Positions 22,781 to 35,739 of a stretch of DNA of 64,000 nucleotides are shown here, piece by piece. The position numbers and the translations under genes are program-made. Location of the stretch: NCBI GenBank assembly GCA_035221665.1, contig CM069146.1, positions 52,948,001 to 53,012,000 on the forward strand. Reading direction: 5' to 3'. The notes under the pieces were generated by a model. The model did not search any database. It saw only the letters and a list, made by a program, of their open reading frames with translations, and had not been told where the DNA came from. Position 1 is the stretch's first letter; each line of letters begins with the position of its first letter. The DNA is from Okamejei kenojei. Lineage: Eukaryota.

Positions 22781-23525
22781 GTTCTCTATCCGTTTCACTC
22801 CTCTTTGCCTACTCTGCCCCATACTCATACTTTCTGTTCAACAATCATTTTCTTCACTCCATTCCTTCCATTCTATTTTTAGATGGGAAATATGGTGTGG
22901 AGCGGTGGGTGTTATTTCTCACAGGACATAACTCTCCAACTTTAGCTCCGCACCAAGATTCTAAAATATATCCTGGCTTTCACATTCAAAGAGGATAAAT
23001 TTGTATTCATCACCAACAATTAACACAACTCATGGCACACCCTGTATGATTTCACCCCATATGTCTTTCTTCCTTCACCTCCATTGCAAAGGGAACTCAG
23101 AGGGAGTTTCTTTTATAACCAAACTTTAACTTTCCCCTTGCTTCAAGAATCTAACTCAATAGAACTTGGTTCAAATATCTGTATTTCAGCAGTTAAATCC
23201 TGTGATCCTTTATTAATAAATCACATTTCTTTAGCAAAGATCATATGGCTTTCCGAGTCGACGATCGAACGCCCGTTCGTACTAGTTCTACTTTATCCCA
23301 CTTTTGCATGCACTCGCTACACACTAGGGACAACTTTATAGAGGGCAATTAACCGACAAACCTGCATGTCTTTGAGATTTGGGAAGCAACACATGCACGC
23401 ACATGCACATAAGAACGCAATAACTATTTATGAAAGCAAAATACAAGTAAAACACAGAAAAACTATGAATAAAGTAACAGTACAAAATAACAGGCCTCAC
23501 GCCCCTCTGCGTATTCGAGTCTCCA

Positions 23526-23671
23526 NNNNNNNNNNNNNNNNNNNNNNNNNNNNNNNNNNNNNNNNNNNNNNNNNNNNNNNNNNNNNNNNNNNNNNNNNNN
23601 NNNNNNNNNNNNNNNNNNNNNNNNNNNNNNNNNNNNNNNNNNNNNNNNNNNNNNNNNNNNNNNNNNNNNNN
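23526..23671. other. Assembly gap (N run) inside a V-SINE
   Basis: 146 N. Confidence 0.99.
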
Positions 23672-24413
23672 ACTCCACACATTCAGCATCAGAGGTCAGG
23701 ATCGAACCCGGGTCTTTGGCGCTTTTGAGGCAGCGGCTCCACCTCTGTGCTGCCCTATACTTGATCGTGGGAATGGAAAGGCCGACCTTCAAGGGAATCA
23801 AGAGTGTTTAAGCATCGTAGGTACCGACAGCAGAACAATGAAATTCGTACTTGCAGCGGAATAACTGGTGTGTAAATGCAAAACATACAGATAATATGTA
23901 ATAAATTAAAGAAATTCAATCAATTAATGACCCCAATACTAGTGCAATAAAACTCAAAAGGCATTAGTTCAACTAAAATACATGGAATATGGGAAAATAT
24001 TGGAGGGACATGGGCCACACCCGTGTAGTTGGGACGAGTGTAGATGGGGCATCTTGGTCAGCATGAGCAGGTTGGGTTGATGGACCTGTTTCCATGCTGT
24101 GTAACTCTATAACCCGGACCCTGGGGACCCTCTGACTATCTTTAAACAGACTTTACCTTGCACTGAATATTATTCCCTTTAGCATGTATTTGTACACCAT
24201 CATGGCTTGATTGGAATTATGTATAGTCTTCCCGCCGACTGGATAGCACACTAGAAAGCTTTCCACTGTTCCTCAGCACACAATACAAAACTTAAAGACA
24301 ACCCTAAGATGTTCATAGTCTAGGTTAGTACAGTGGTGTTCAAGTGCCTGATGGGTGGTTTGAAGAAGCTATTCTTGAACCTGGTGGCCATGGGTTTCAG
24401 GCTTCTGAAGGTA

Positions 24414-25448
24414 GGGGTGGCATGGTGGAGCAGCAGTAGAGTTGCTGCCTTATGGGCCTGTCCCACTTAGGCGACATTTTAGGTGCGTGCAGGAGACCAT
24501 GTGCGGGTGGTTGCTGGGGAGTCGCCGTTATGGTCGTGAGGAGTTCCCGCATTCTGGGGACTAGTCACGGCCTCATTATGGTCGCCGCAAATTTTTCAGC
24601 ACGTTGAAAGATTAGCGGCGACCCGAAAATGAAGAGTAGCGAGTATTCTCGTGCCGTAGGTGCAGTGGTGGTGGATCACCAGGAGGTCGAAGGTTGGCGT
24701 AGGTTCTCATTGGTTGTAGCCGGTGCTGACCGGTGAATTTCATTGGCTCATTGGGGAAAAAAACGTAAGCAGTAGTTTTCAGAACCAGGGATAACCGACC
24801 GGTGATGTTAATGTCCGCCGCGCTTCACAGCCGTGTATCTCTGGCTTCTTAAAAGTTGTCTCCACTCCTTCTCTCCCCACCCCCCCTTTTAAAGGACTTG
24901 CGTGAACTGTCCAGTACACTGTGCTTTCATCATCTTAATTACAGCGCCAACCTTCCTGTTCATCGCGTCTGTATCACATTGGCTTTGCACCGTGTGAGTT
25001 TCACTCGGACAGCGCTCCCCCCGTTTGCCCTGCCCCCCGCCTGCATAACGGGCTGGCGAAGGAAGCGACGTGTGTGTGAGCGTGTTCCACTCTGACAGTC
25101 GCCGTTCCAGTCGTAGGTGTTTCTGGCGACTGCCTGAAAAATCTTCACCTGAAAAATCGCCTCAGTGGGGCAGACCCATTACAGCGCCAGGGGCCCGGGT
25201 TCCATCCGGTCTACAGGTGCTGTCTGTATGGAGTTTGCACGTTCTCCCCGTGTCCTGAGTGGATTTTCTCCGGATGCTCCGGTTTCCACCCACACTCCAG
25301 AAACATGCAAGTTTAAAGGTTAATTGGCTTGGTTTAATTGTAAACTGTTCCTGGTGTGTGGAGGATAGTGTTAGTGTGCGGGGATCGCTGGGTGTTGTGG
25401 ACTCGGTGAGCCGAAGGGCCTGTTTGCGCGATGTATACCTAAACTAGA
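24414..25448 (+). mobile_element. V-SINE interrupted by a MITE
   Basis: Head GTTGCTGCC-TTA resumes after 25181 as CAGCGCCAGG...; V-domain and tail to about 25448. Confidence 0.8.
24453..25178. mobile_element. PIF/Harbinger-type non-autonomous DNA transposon, 726 bp
   Basis: TTA TSD at 24450-24452 and 25179-25181; TIRs TGGGCCTGTCCCACTTAGGCGA / TCGCCTCAGTGGGGCAGACCCA; removing the element restores the SINE consensus. Confidence 0.8.
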
Positions 25449-26929
25449 CTCGGAGTGATGGAAGTGGCTCTCTATGCCCACTGGAGCTCAGACAATGTAA
25501 TCAGATGGCAGTGCGAGGGGATATATAGTCCAGAACCAGCCCTGCCTCACGACCCCACAGAAAACACTGGACAGATGATAAAGCCTCACCACATTCTTTA
25601 CCATCTGTCCATTTTTTTTAAAAATGCTTCCAAACTTATTGAAAATAAGTTAACATTGATTAAAAATTAGATAATATATAAACTAAAAACACTTGCGAAA
25701 CTAGGAACTGGGAGTATAAGCATCTTACCTTCTCTCCATTCCCCCAGCCCTCCAATTCCCATTTAAATGAATGGGCTCGTGGATCTCAGCCCACTTCTAA
25801 CCTGGCAGATTCTGCAATGCAAATCCTGGAAAATATCAGCCAGTTCGTTCAGGGTTCGGCACTCAAGTAGGAGTCCGGAAACTTGCCAGGACTTGTGTTG
25901 AGTGAAGCTGGCAGGTGCGTATGGAAGCAAATGGCAAATCTCAGCAAAGTCTGAACCAACAATTTTGCTTGCAGACGTCAAACTTTTAGCAGAGACACAA
26001 CAGACTGCAGATGCTGGAAACTTGAGCAAAAAACAAAGTGCTGGGGGATCTCATCGATCGCCCCTGTTCTATATTATCCCACTTTTGCATCCATTCCCTA
26101 CACACTCACGGGGTGACTCACGGAGGATGATCAACCTACAAAACCCACTGTTCTTTTTCCAATGGGACGTGGAAGGAAACCGTAGCACCTGGAGGAAACC
26201 CACGTGGTTATAGGGAAAACGTGCAAACTCCACACATACAACGCCCAAATTGCAACACACTGACCACATTGATGGGGAAACCTACAGACTTGCACAGTGG
26301 TACCTGTGTTTAATGTAGATCATGTAGTTAGAGGCAGCTTAAGAGTCTTGAGTTTGTCTACAAAAGCAGCACGGGTTTAATGAAGTGTAACACTAAAAAG
26401 CTTCACTGATCATTTACGTATGTGAAATTGTGTAATTATCTGAAATTGTTAAACTCAATGTTGAAGATGAAAGCCAATTATAAGTACTAGGAATATTTGC
26501 CCACCTCCACCCCCACCTTTAACCACCTATCACTTGTCTCTGTCCAAGCCAACCTCCCTTTTCCAGCTTTCTCCCCCTCCCACTACAATTAGTCCCATCG
26601 AAGGGTCCCGATCCACAACTCCAGCGCATCAGGGGTCCCTGCACACCCTTGATTGGAAGTGAACAGGGATGATTCACTTCTTAAACACCTGGAAGTATGG
26701 CAACTCTCATCGCCACAGATGCTGGCTGACCCACTAACTGTGCCAGGAAGAGAGAGAAAGTCCTGCAGATGCTGGAACCCTGAGCAATACGCAAACTGCT
26801 GGAGGACACCTGTCCATTCCCTCCACAGATGCTGCCTGACCCACTGTATTCCTCCGGCACATTGTATCTTTTTCTTTCGTAAACCAGCGTCTGCAGTTCC
26901 TTGTGCCTACAATATTACACCTGTTCGCA

Positions 26930-27180
26930 GTTTAGTTTATTATTGTCATGCGTACCGAGATACAGTGAAAAGCTGTTTGTTGCGTGCTATCTAGTCAGCG
27001 AAAAGACTAGACTTGATTATAATCAATCCTTGCACAGTGTTCAGATACAGGATAAAGGGATCCATGTTTAGCGCAAGATAAGGTCCGATTAAAGATACTT
27101 TGAAGATCTCCAATGAGATAGATGGGAGGTCAGGAATGCTCTCTAGTTGGTGAGAGGATGGTTCAGTTGCTTGATAGCAG
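26930..27180 (-). mobile_element. Rex/Babar-type LINE 3' tail (family also at about 4232-4400, 35573-35635, 37943-38250, 42442-42555, 58634-58935; + copy at about 24130-24295)
   Basis: Recurrent TTTATTGTCA(C/T)G(T/C)GTACCGAG(G/A)TACAGTGAAAAGCT...; longer copies reach GGTTCAGTTGCCTGATAACAGCTGG.AAGAAACTG, which on the minus strand encodes SFFPAVIRQLN, the same ORF end as at 1712. Confidence 0.7.
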
Positions 27181-29049
27181 GAACAAATATTCCTCCCAAA
27201 TCTCTATCTATAAATTTCCAGTTCGTACCTTTGCATCTGCAGTCACTTGATCTACAATATTTTACCAGTTAGGGACAAACATCCTCATAGGTCTCCATCG
27301 ATCAATTTCCCAGTGTATATACCCCAGGTTGGAATAAAATCCCTGCCAGGATTGTGGATTTATAAAATTGGCTGTTATATTTCTATCAAGTCAACAACAG
27401 ACACCTAATTTGAGCATTCAGCAGCATACATTAACATGAACACTGGAAGCAGGTTCCAACTGAGAAAGCAGACACAATTGAGTGTGTCGTGTGGCATTTC
27501 TTAAAATATCATTCCCACTACACACGTTGTCTTCGTGCAGTTTTTATTAATAGAAAGAGGTACAAAAACACTCTGGTGTAGTCACTGTGGGAAAAAAACA
27601 CAGCATTTGAATGCTCATTTTCAACTGTTACGACAGGCAGCTTCCTCATGGAGTCAGGCATGTATAAATTGTGCAGTCAAATTGTAAGATTTGTTCTTGC
27701 AAAATGAGGGATACCGACACCCAACATTACTGGTGAAACTCAGAAAAAATCCCATGCCCCTCTGACTTGTAAATCAGAAATATCAAATGTATCTTTGTCC
27801 TCGAAACCTTCTGTGGTTGTGCCTTGCAATAAGATTGTGTGAAGATAAAATATTCTACTCTCAACAGCAGCCAGCCTACTTCAGCTTGACTCTGACCCAG
27901 TGCCAGTGATCTGTGATTCACCGCTTGTTCCCTCTGCCAAGTCAATAAAGGCCCTCTTGAATGAGCGGAGCTCTTGTAAGCTGCAAATGTTGTAAATGGT
28001 GCGGAGTTGAATGCCACTGCGCCAAGGAACAGGTTTTATTCTCCTCCCTTTATAAGGCAGAGATAGATAGATTCCTGATTAGTACAGGTGTCAGGGGTTA
28101 TGGGGAGAAGGCAGGAGAATGGGGTTCGGAGGGCGCGTTAGATCGGCCATGATTGAATGGCGGAGTAATTGATGGGCCAAATGGTCTCATTCTGCTCCTA
28201 GCGCTCAGGATTTTATGAGCCCTGCTCGTTCTCCGTTCATGGGCATTTCAGTAGGAAGGGCTTTTTTTTCCATGAACGGCTGGAAATTGAATCATCAAGA
28301 ATGCTAACTGGGTGGAACAGTGATACAGCCGTTGCCTCAGAGCGCCAGAGACCCCGGTTCGATCCTAACCTCGGGTGCTGTGGAGTTTATTTTAGAGGTC
28401 TAGAATGGAAACGGACCCTTTGGTCCACCAAAGATAGACACAAAATACTGGAGTAACTCATCTGGTCAGGGCAGCATCTCTGGAGTGGAGAAAAGGAATA
28501 GACGACGTTTCGATTGAGACTCTTCTTCAGAATACCCTTCAGTCTGGCCTTTACTACACCTTTGGTCCACCAAGTCCACCCCGACCATCGATCACCCGTT
28601 TGCATTAGTTCTATGTTATTCCACTTTCTCATCCACTCTCTACATAAATTAGGGATAATTTTTACAGCGGCCAATTTGGAGTTTGCAAGTTGTTCACGTG
28701 ATCACGTGGGCTTCCTCCGGGTGCTCCTGCTTCCTCGCACATCCCAACCATGCACGTTTGCAGGTTATTTGGCCTCTGTAAAATTGTGCCTGGTGTGTAG
28801 GGAATGGATGAGAAAGTAGGATAACACAGAACTAGTACGAACGGGTAATCGAGTGATGGTCAGCATGGACTCGATGGGCCGAAGGGCCAGTTTCCATTCT
28901 GTTTCTCTAAAACTTAAAAATTAAACTCAAACAAAAATTAAATCCCTTCCTTCCAATATACAAAACAAATTGATTGCTGACAAGCTGCTTTTACACAATT
29001 GCAGGCAGTAGTGCGGCATTTCTTAAATGCCACACTATAAGATATAAGT

Positions 29050-30552
29050 TCATAGATATATAACAATTACAGCACGGAAACAGGCCCTCTCGGCCCTTCC
29101 AGTCCGTGCCGACCATTTGTTTTCCCCTAGTCCCATCTACCTGCTCCATTCCCTCCATACCCCTCCATTCCCTTCACGTCCATATACCTATCCACTTTAC
29201 TTTTAAATGTTAAAATCGATCCTGCCTCCACCACTTCTGCTGGAAGCTCATTCCACACAGCCACCACCCTCTGAGTAAAGAAGTTACCCCTCACGTTACC
29301 CCTAAACTTCTGTCCCTTAATTCTCATGTCATGCCCTCTTGTTTGAATCTTCCCTACCCTCAATGGGAAAAACGTATCCACGTCAACTCTGTCTATCCCT
29401 TTCATCATTTTAAAGACCTCAATCAAGTTCCCCCTTAACCTTCTGCGCTCCAAAGAATAAAGACCTAACTTGTTCAACCTTTCTCTGTAACATAGTTGCT
29501 GGAACCCTGGCAACATTCTAGTAAATCTCCTCTGTACTCTCTCTATTTTGTTGACATCCTTCCTATAACTAGGCGACCAAAATTGTACACCATACTCCAG
29601 AATTGGTCTTACCAATGCCTTGTACAATTTTAACATTACTTCCCTACTCCTATATTCAATGCTCTGATTTATAAAGGCCAGCACACCAAAGGCTTTCTTT
29701 ACCACCCTATCTACACGCGATTCCACCTTCAGGGAACTATGCACAGTTATTCCTAGATCCCTCTGTTCCACAGCATTCCTCAATTCCCTACCATTTACCA
29801 TGTACGTCCTATTTTGATTTGTCCTGCCAAGATGTAGCACTTCACACTTAACAGCATTAAATTCCATCTGCCATCTTTCAGCCCACTTTTCCAAATGGCC
29901 CAAATCTATCTGTAGACTTTGAAAATCTACTTCATTATCCACAACACCACCTATCTTAGTATCATCTGCATACTTACTTATCCAATTTTCCACCCCATCA
30001 TCCAGATCATTGATGTACATGACAAACAACAGTGGACCCAACACAGATCCCTGAGGCACCCCACTGGTCACCATCTTCCAACCTGACAAACAGCCATCCA
30101 CCATTACTCTCTGACATCTCCCATTCAGCCACTGTTGAATCCATCTTGCTACTCCGCCGTTAACACCCAAAGATTGAACCTTCTTAACCAACCTTCCATG
30201 GGGAACCTTGTCAAAGGCCTTACTGAAATCCATATAGACAACATCCACTGCTTTACCCTCATCAATTTCCCTAGTTACCGCTTCAAAAAATTCAAGAAGG
30301 TTTGTCAAACATGACCTTCCAGGCACAAATCCATGTTGACTGTTCCTGATCAGACCCTGTTTATCCAGATGCTTATATATATTATCTCTAAGTATCCTTT
30401 CCATTAATTTGCCCACCACTGACGTCAAACTAATAGGTCTATAATTGCTAGGTTTATTCTTTGAACCCTTTTTAAACAATGGAACAACATGCACAGTACG
30501 CCAATCCTCCGGCACTATTCCCGTTTCTAATGACATTTGAAATATTTCTGTC
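29050..30552 (-). mobile_element. 5'-truncated CR1 LINE with uninterrupted ORF2 reverse-transcriptase frame (about 475 aa)
   Basis: ORF 29127..30596 (-): NYRPISLTS, QHGF, DFSKAFDKVPH, SGVPQGSVLGP, SKYADDTK, TRGH, RVVAVWNELP. The first about 14 aa come from flanking DNA; the 3' UTR ends GGGCCTGTTTCCGTGCTGTAATTG. Confidence 0.93.
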
Positions 30553-30612
30553 TTCTGTAAGGTATCACTTCTTGGCCAAAACGAACATTTTATCAATTTC
30601 CCAGATTGTTAA

Positions 30613-30943
30613 AGCTCCTGTCCCATTGTACGAGGTAATTCACGAGTTCTCCCGGGTTTTCCCCTGATTCACTCGGAGAATCGCTAGGATTCGCTAGGAG
30701 TTCGTGGATGTCTCGTAGCGGCTCGTAATGCTCACGGTAGGTACTCGGGACATCCAGTAAACTCGTGACGTTTTTTTCATCCCTGCAAAAATGACCATGA
30801 GTAAAAAAATAGTCGTGATGAAATAAATTGTAACTTTTTACTCGTACAAGCCACTACGAGACATCCAAGAACTCCTACGGACATTCTCTGAGTTCGAATC
30901 AGGGGAGAACTCGTGAATTACCTCGTACAGTGGGACAGGGGCC
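30613..30943. mobile_element. PIF/Harbinger-type MITE
   Basis: About 40-bp TIRs CCTGTCCCA(T/C)TGTACGAGGTAATTCACGAGTTCTCCC; internal sequence related to 50675-50977; TSD imperfect. Confidence 0.72.
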
Positions 30944-31135
30944 TATTGCAGATGGACTTTTTTTAGTACTAGTTTATTGTCACATGTACTTGGAAACAGA
31001 GAAATTATAAGCACAACCGTACATTAGTGAAAGAGAGCAACGACTGCAGTGTTAAAACAAAAGTAGGTTTCTTCTGAGGTAGTACACCAAGAGTCACCAT
31101 GTTTCCAGCGCCATCTTGGAGCATTCAAGTATCAA

Positions 31136-32697
31136 GTTTAGTTTAGACTTACAGCACAGAAACTGGCCCTTCGGCCCACAGAGTCCACGCCGACCAGTGA
31201 TCCCCGCACCCCAACACTATCCTACACACACTAGAGACAATTTACATTTATACCAAGCCATTTAACCTACAACCCTGTGCGTCTTTGGAGTGTGCGGGGA
31301 AACCAAAGATCTCGGAGAGAACCCACGGGGATGATAGACCATGGGTGCAGGAGTAGGCCTACTCCACTGATCATCCACAATCAGTACCCCGTTCCTGCCT
31401 TCTCCCCATATCCCTTGACTCTGCTATCTTTAAGAGGCTCTGTCTAGACTCACAACTCTCTGTGTGAAAAAGTTTTTCCTCATCTCCATTCTAAATGGCT
31501 TAACCCTTATTCTTAAATGGTGGCCCCTGGTTCTGGACTCCCCCAACATAGGGAACATGTTTCCTGCTTCTAGCGTGTCCAAACCCTTAATAATCTTATA
31601 TGTTTCAATAAGATCCCCTCTCATCCTTCTAAATTCCAGAGTACACTAGCACAGCTGCTCCATGCTATCAATATATGACAGTCCCGCCATCCTGGGAATT
31701 AACCTTGTGAACCTACGCTGCACTCCCTCAATAGCAAGAATGTCCTTCCCCAAATTGTGAGACCAAAACTGCGCACAATACTCCAGATGTGGTCTCACTA
31801 GGACCCTGTACCACTGCAGAAGGACCTCTTTGCTCCTATACTCAACTCCTCTTGTTATGATGGCCAACGTGCCATTTGCTTTCTTGATTGTCTGCTGTAC
31901 CTGCATGCTTACTTTTATTGAAGGATGAACAAGGACCCCCCAGATCCCGTGTACTTCCTCTTTTCCCAAATTGACTCCATTTAGATAATAATCTGCCTTC
32001 CTGTTCTTGCACCAAAGTGGGTAACCTCACATTTATCCACATTAAACAGCATCTGCCATGCATCTGCCCACTCACCCAACCTGTCCAAGTCACTCTGCGT
32101 CCTCATAGCATCCTCTTCTTCACAGTTCACACTGTCACCCAGCTTTGTGTCATCTGCAAATTTGCTAATGTTACTTTTAATCCCCTCATCTAAATCATTA
32201 ATGTATATTGTAAATTCCAGAGTATATAAGCGCAGCCGCTCCATTCTATCCATATGACAGCACCCAGCACCGAGCCTTGCGGTACCCCATTAGTCACTGC
32301 CTGCCATTCTGAAAGGGACCTGTTAATCCCCACTCTTTGTTTCCTGTCTGCCAACCAATTTCTATCCATGTCAGCACCCTACCCCCAATACCACGTGCTC
32401 TAATTTTGCCCACTAATCTCCTATGTGGGATCTTATCAAATGTTTTCTGAAAGTCCAGGTACACTACATCTACTGGTTCTCCCTTGTCCATTTTCCTGGT
32501 TACATCCTCAAAAAATTCCTGCATGATTTCCCCTTCGTAAATCCATGCTGACTCGGACCGATCCTGTTACTGCTATCCAAATGTGCGGCTATTTCATCTT
32601 TTATAATTGACTCCAGCATCTTCCCCGACACCGATGTCAGGATCGAACCCGGGTCTCTGGCGCTGTCAGGCAGCAACTCTACCGCTGCGCCACCATG
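31136..32697 (-). mobile_element. V-SINE split by a decayed CR1 LINE (about 31333-32636)
   Basis: SINE tail and V-domain 31136-31330, head resumes 32636-32697; CR1 ORF pieces with LDFQKTFDKIPH, SKFADDTK and RPHLEYC in several frames. Confidence 0.85.
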
Positions 32698-32969
32698 CCA
32701 AAAGTTGTTAAAAATATATTCTTATCTTGGTCTTAACAGACCTGTTGCCCTGGCAACCCACTGGATCAGTGAGGCGATGGTTGGCCCAACAATGCTGTCA
32801 GTTACTCCCACTGACCTAGGGGTTCCACAAACTCATTGTAAAAGGTGGGTTGATGCTTGGAAGTCACTTTGTCAGCTGGGGCATTGCAGGATGAGGATGA
32901 GGGAGACGAGGGAGAACATGCCAGCTATTTAGGACCGAGATAAGGTGGACCTTTATTTATTTGGAAGGG

Positions 32970-33400
32970 AACACAAAGTCCGAGATGCACCAGTGGGTCA
33001 GGCTTCTGTGGAGGGAATGGAAGGCAATATTTTGGGTCAGGTATTCGAGTCTGAAGAAGGTTCCTGACCCGAAATGTCACCTATCCATTCCCACCCCAGG
33101 CGCTGCCTGACCTGCTGAGTTCCTCCAGTACTTCGCAATTTTCTCAACTTCCAGCATCTGCAGTTCCTTGTGTCTTCCTTTGGAGGTCTTCCGACAACTA
33201 TAGACATGACAGAGTTTGATAGGTTTTAGGTTACAGAGAAAATGAAGCAACATGAGATTGTGACAGGAGATTAACTCAAGTTCCAACCCGGAACGTCACC
33301 TATCCATGTTCTCCAGAGATGCTGCCTGACCCGTTGAGTTAGTCCAGCATTTTGTGTCTTTTTTTTAAAAATAAACCAGCATCTGCAGTTCCTCACGTCT
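32970..33400. mobile_element. Penelope-like arm cluster
   Basis: AGTCTGAAGAAGGTTCCTGACCCGAAATGTC at about 33048; second arm 33285-33395 ending CCAGCATCTGCAGTTCCT. Confidence 0.65.
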
Positions 33401-33599
33401 CTAAAGAACTCGAGAACTCGGGATCACCATAATCCTACTGAAGAACAAAGTGGGCTAAAGGAAGCATATGACTAACTCCTGTTATTTTTTTATGTTCTCA
33501 AATGAAAATTGATCCAGGTCCAATAATATAAATAGGGTGAGAGCTTTCAAAATGTGTCCGCGACACTCTAACCAAGCGCATTCTGTTGTGATACACCTA

Positions 33600-34270
33600 T
33601 TTAATAAAGGATTTCGCTTTGTGCAGAACTAAGTTCCCTTTTAATTCGCAAATCTTTTGCCAGGTAGCCGACAAACCTCAATTTGGAATTGGAGTAGATT
33701 GAAGAGCGTGCACAATGAGTTCCATTGTTTCTTTCTCAAATAAATCAGCTAATGTCAGTAAGCATGGCTATCTTCATCACCAAACAGTCTGGCGCGGGGA
33801 AATTAGTCCAAGGAGACACAGTCTTTAAAATTCAACTATCATATTGAATGTGTTTGTTTCATAATACCTGCTGGAAAGAAGAAAAGATTCATCTGACAGC
33901 GATTTATTTTAAGAAACAAGGGCTCCGCTCAGCAATGGACTGCTCTGTGCGTACAGTGTGTATCCCCATAGTGTGTGTGTGGAGGGTTTTTTTCCCCTCG
34001 TACAAAGCAGGATATGGTGGCATTTGTTTGATTAACTTGCTCGACAAAAGTGACAGCTGCTCCTGGTGCATGTAGATGAGCTGCGCAGTGCGGTTCCGCC
34101 TTTGTGCATCTGTCAGTATAAAGGGAAAAATAAAGAGTGAAAAGAGACAAATTGGTCCCAAAAGGCAAGCTATTCAACTTAGGAGGTTTTTTCTATTAAG
34201 ATGCACAGTGTGAATCTTGAGTGCTTGGTCCCCTTATTTAATTTCATTTGCTGTGGAGACTGACACTACA
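33600..34270. promoter_or_regulatory. Candidate conserved non-coding enhancer block
   Basis: Non-repetitive, no useful ORF; inverted SOX pair ACAATG-n5-CATTGT at 33712-33728, forkhead-like TGTTTGTTT, E-boxes CAGCTG and CATCTG. Conservation is inferred, not shown. Confidence 0.45.
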
Positions 34271-34964
34271 CATGCTTCATTGAAGTTCTGCCCCTCGACC
34301 AAGTTTTTGGGGAAAGTTTTACTTTTGTCTTAAACCTTAATACAAAACTATATCCATTTCTGTCTGTTTTCTTGCTACTGGTTTTAGACGCCTCCTTACA
34401 TTGCAATGCTTCAACAATACTTATAATGTTTAGAATATCTGTTTGCTGGGATTTATTCCTGATTTTTAACCAAGTATACAGCCGGAAAAATATTTCCAAT
34501 TATAAATACGATAAGTTGCAAAAGGGGGAAACATTAGGATGATGTAGGTGAACAATGTCAGACCTCATGCAATGATCGCATTTTTTATTTGTGAGGAATA
34601 TGCACACCTCTCGTTTATTTTTAGGTGAGGCAAATTGAATTTTATCGAGTTTGATTTCAAATGTTACTACGGGAACCTGGCTTTGGGCTGTACCATCAGA
34701 AAGCCCAGTTAACAATCCAGGGTGTTTTAAGCCTGTTGTTTTGGTTGCGTTTATTGCAATATTGCATGGAATTATAATACAAAATGTGACTTTGGAGACA
34801 TCGCGAGCTGGCACACTGCTGAAATCAGTGTAGAAAGTCTTTTACATTTAAAATGTAATTGGAAATTTCTGAGTAGTTAATATGTTTAGAGTACTAGCTG
34901 GTAATTTTTTTTATTGTGCATTTGATGCAGATGAAATAAGAGAGATTGCCCTCCCCTTCCTCTC

Positions 34965-35115
34965 NNNNNNNNNNNNNNNNNNNNNNNNNNNNNNNNNNNN
35001 NNNNNNNNNNNNNNNNNNNNNNNNNNNNNNNNNNNNNNNNNNNNNNNNNNNNNNNNNNNNNNNNNNNNNNNNNNNNNNNNNNNNNNNNNNNNNNNNNNNN
35101 NNNNNNNNNNNNNNN
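34965..35115. other. Assembly gap within a C/T-rich low-complexity tract
   Basis: 151 N flanked by (CCT/CCCT)-rich sequence. Confidence 0.99.
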
Positions 35116-35739
35116 TTCCTCTCCCCCCATCCCTTCCTCTCCCCTCCCTCTCCCTCTCCCCTCCCTCCCTCTCCCCCCTCCCTCCTCTCTCCCCCCTCCC
35201 CACTTTACCAGTCACTTTATATTTGCACATTGAGTTTCTGCAGAAACTATTTTAAAAATGTATTTGCCTCGTGTGCAGTAAATCACCTTTCACAATGGCA
35301 CTTCAGAGAGCCTGATTGGCACCATATCGCTGTGTGTGAAAACACTGAAAATAGCAGCATTTTCACAAAAATTACCACGAGCAAATGCAGAGATAAAAGC
35401 AGTTTTTAAACCCACAAAAAAAGTGTTTCAAAAGAAACATCTTCACCTATTGAGTCACTGTAACAATTAAATTAATCACTGAGAATTCCCAAAAGGCCCC
35501 AATTCATATCCAGCACATTTTGCCCTTCTCATCCGTCTGGAAACGCAAAACTGCACTTCTGAATGAGTCAATTCAGTTTAGTTTAGCTTATTGTCACGTG
35601 TAGCGAGGTACAGTGAAAAGCTTTTGTTGCGTGCTCCCTTTTTCACGAAGGTAGACACAAATTGCTGGAACGGGTGACGTTTCGGGTCCAGACCATTCTT
35701 CAGTCCCTTTTGCACCATCCTTTGTAAAACTTCGTACAT

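Noticed and set aside
29036-30565. TSD for the intact-RT CR1 (CTATAAGATAT versus CTGTAAGGTAT)
   Set aside because: Imperfect match beside an apparently young element; not convincing by eye.
34882-35409. Pro/Ser- and Gly/Arg-rich ORFs, and similar ORFs at 23336-23801 and 41669-41941
   Set aside because: Artefacts of N gaps and low-complexity tracts.
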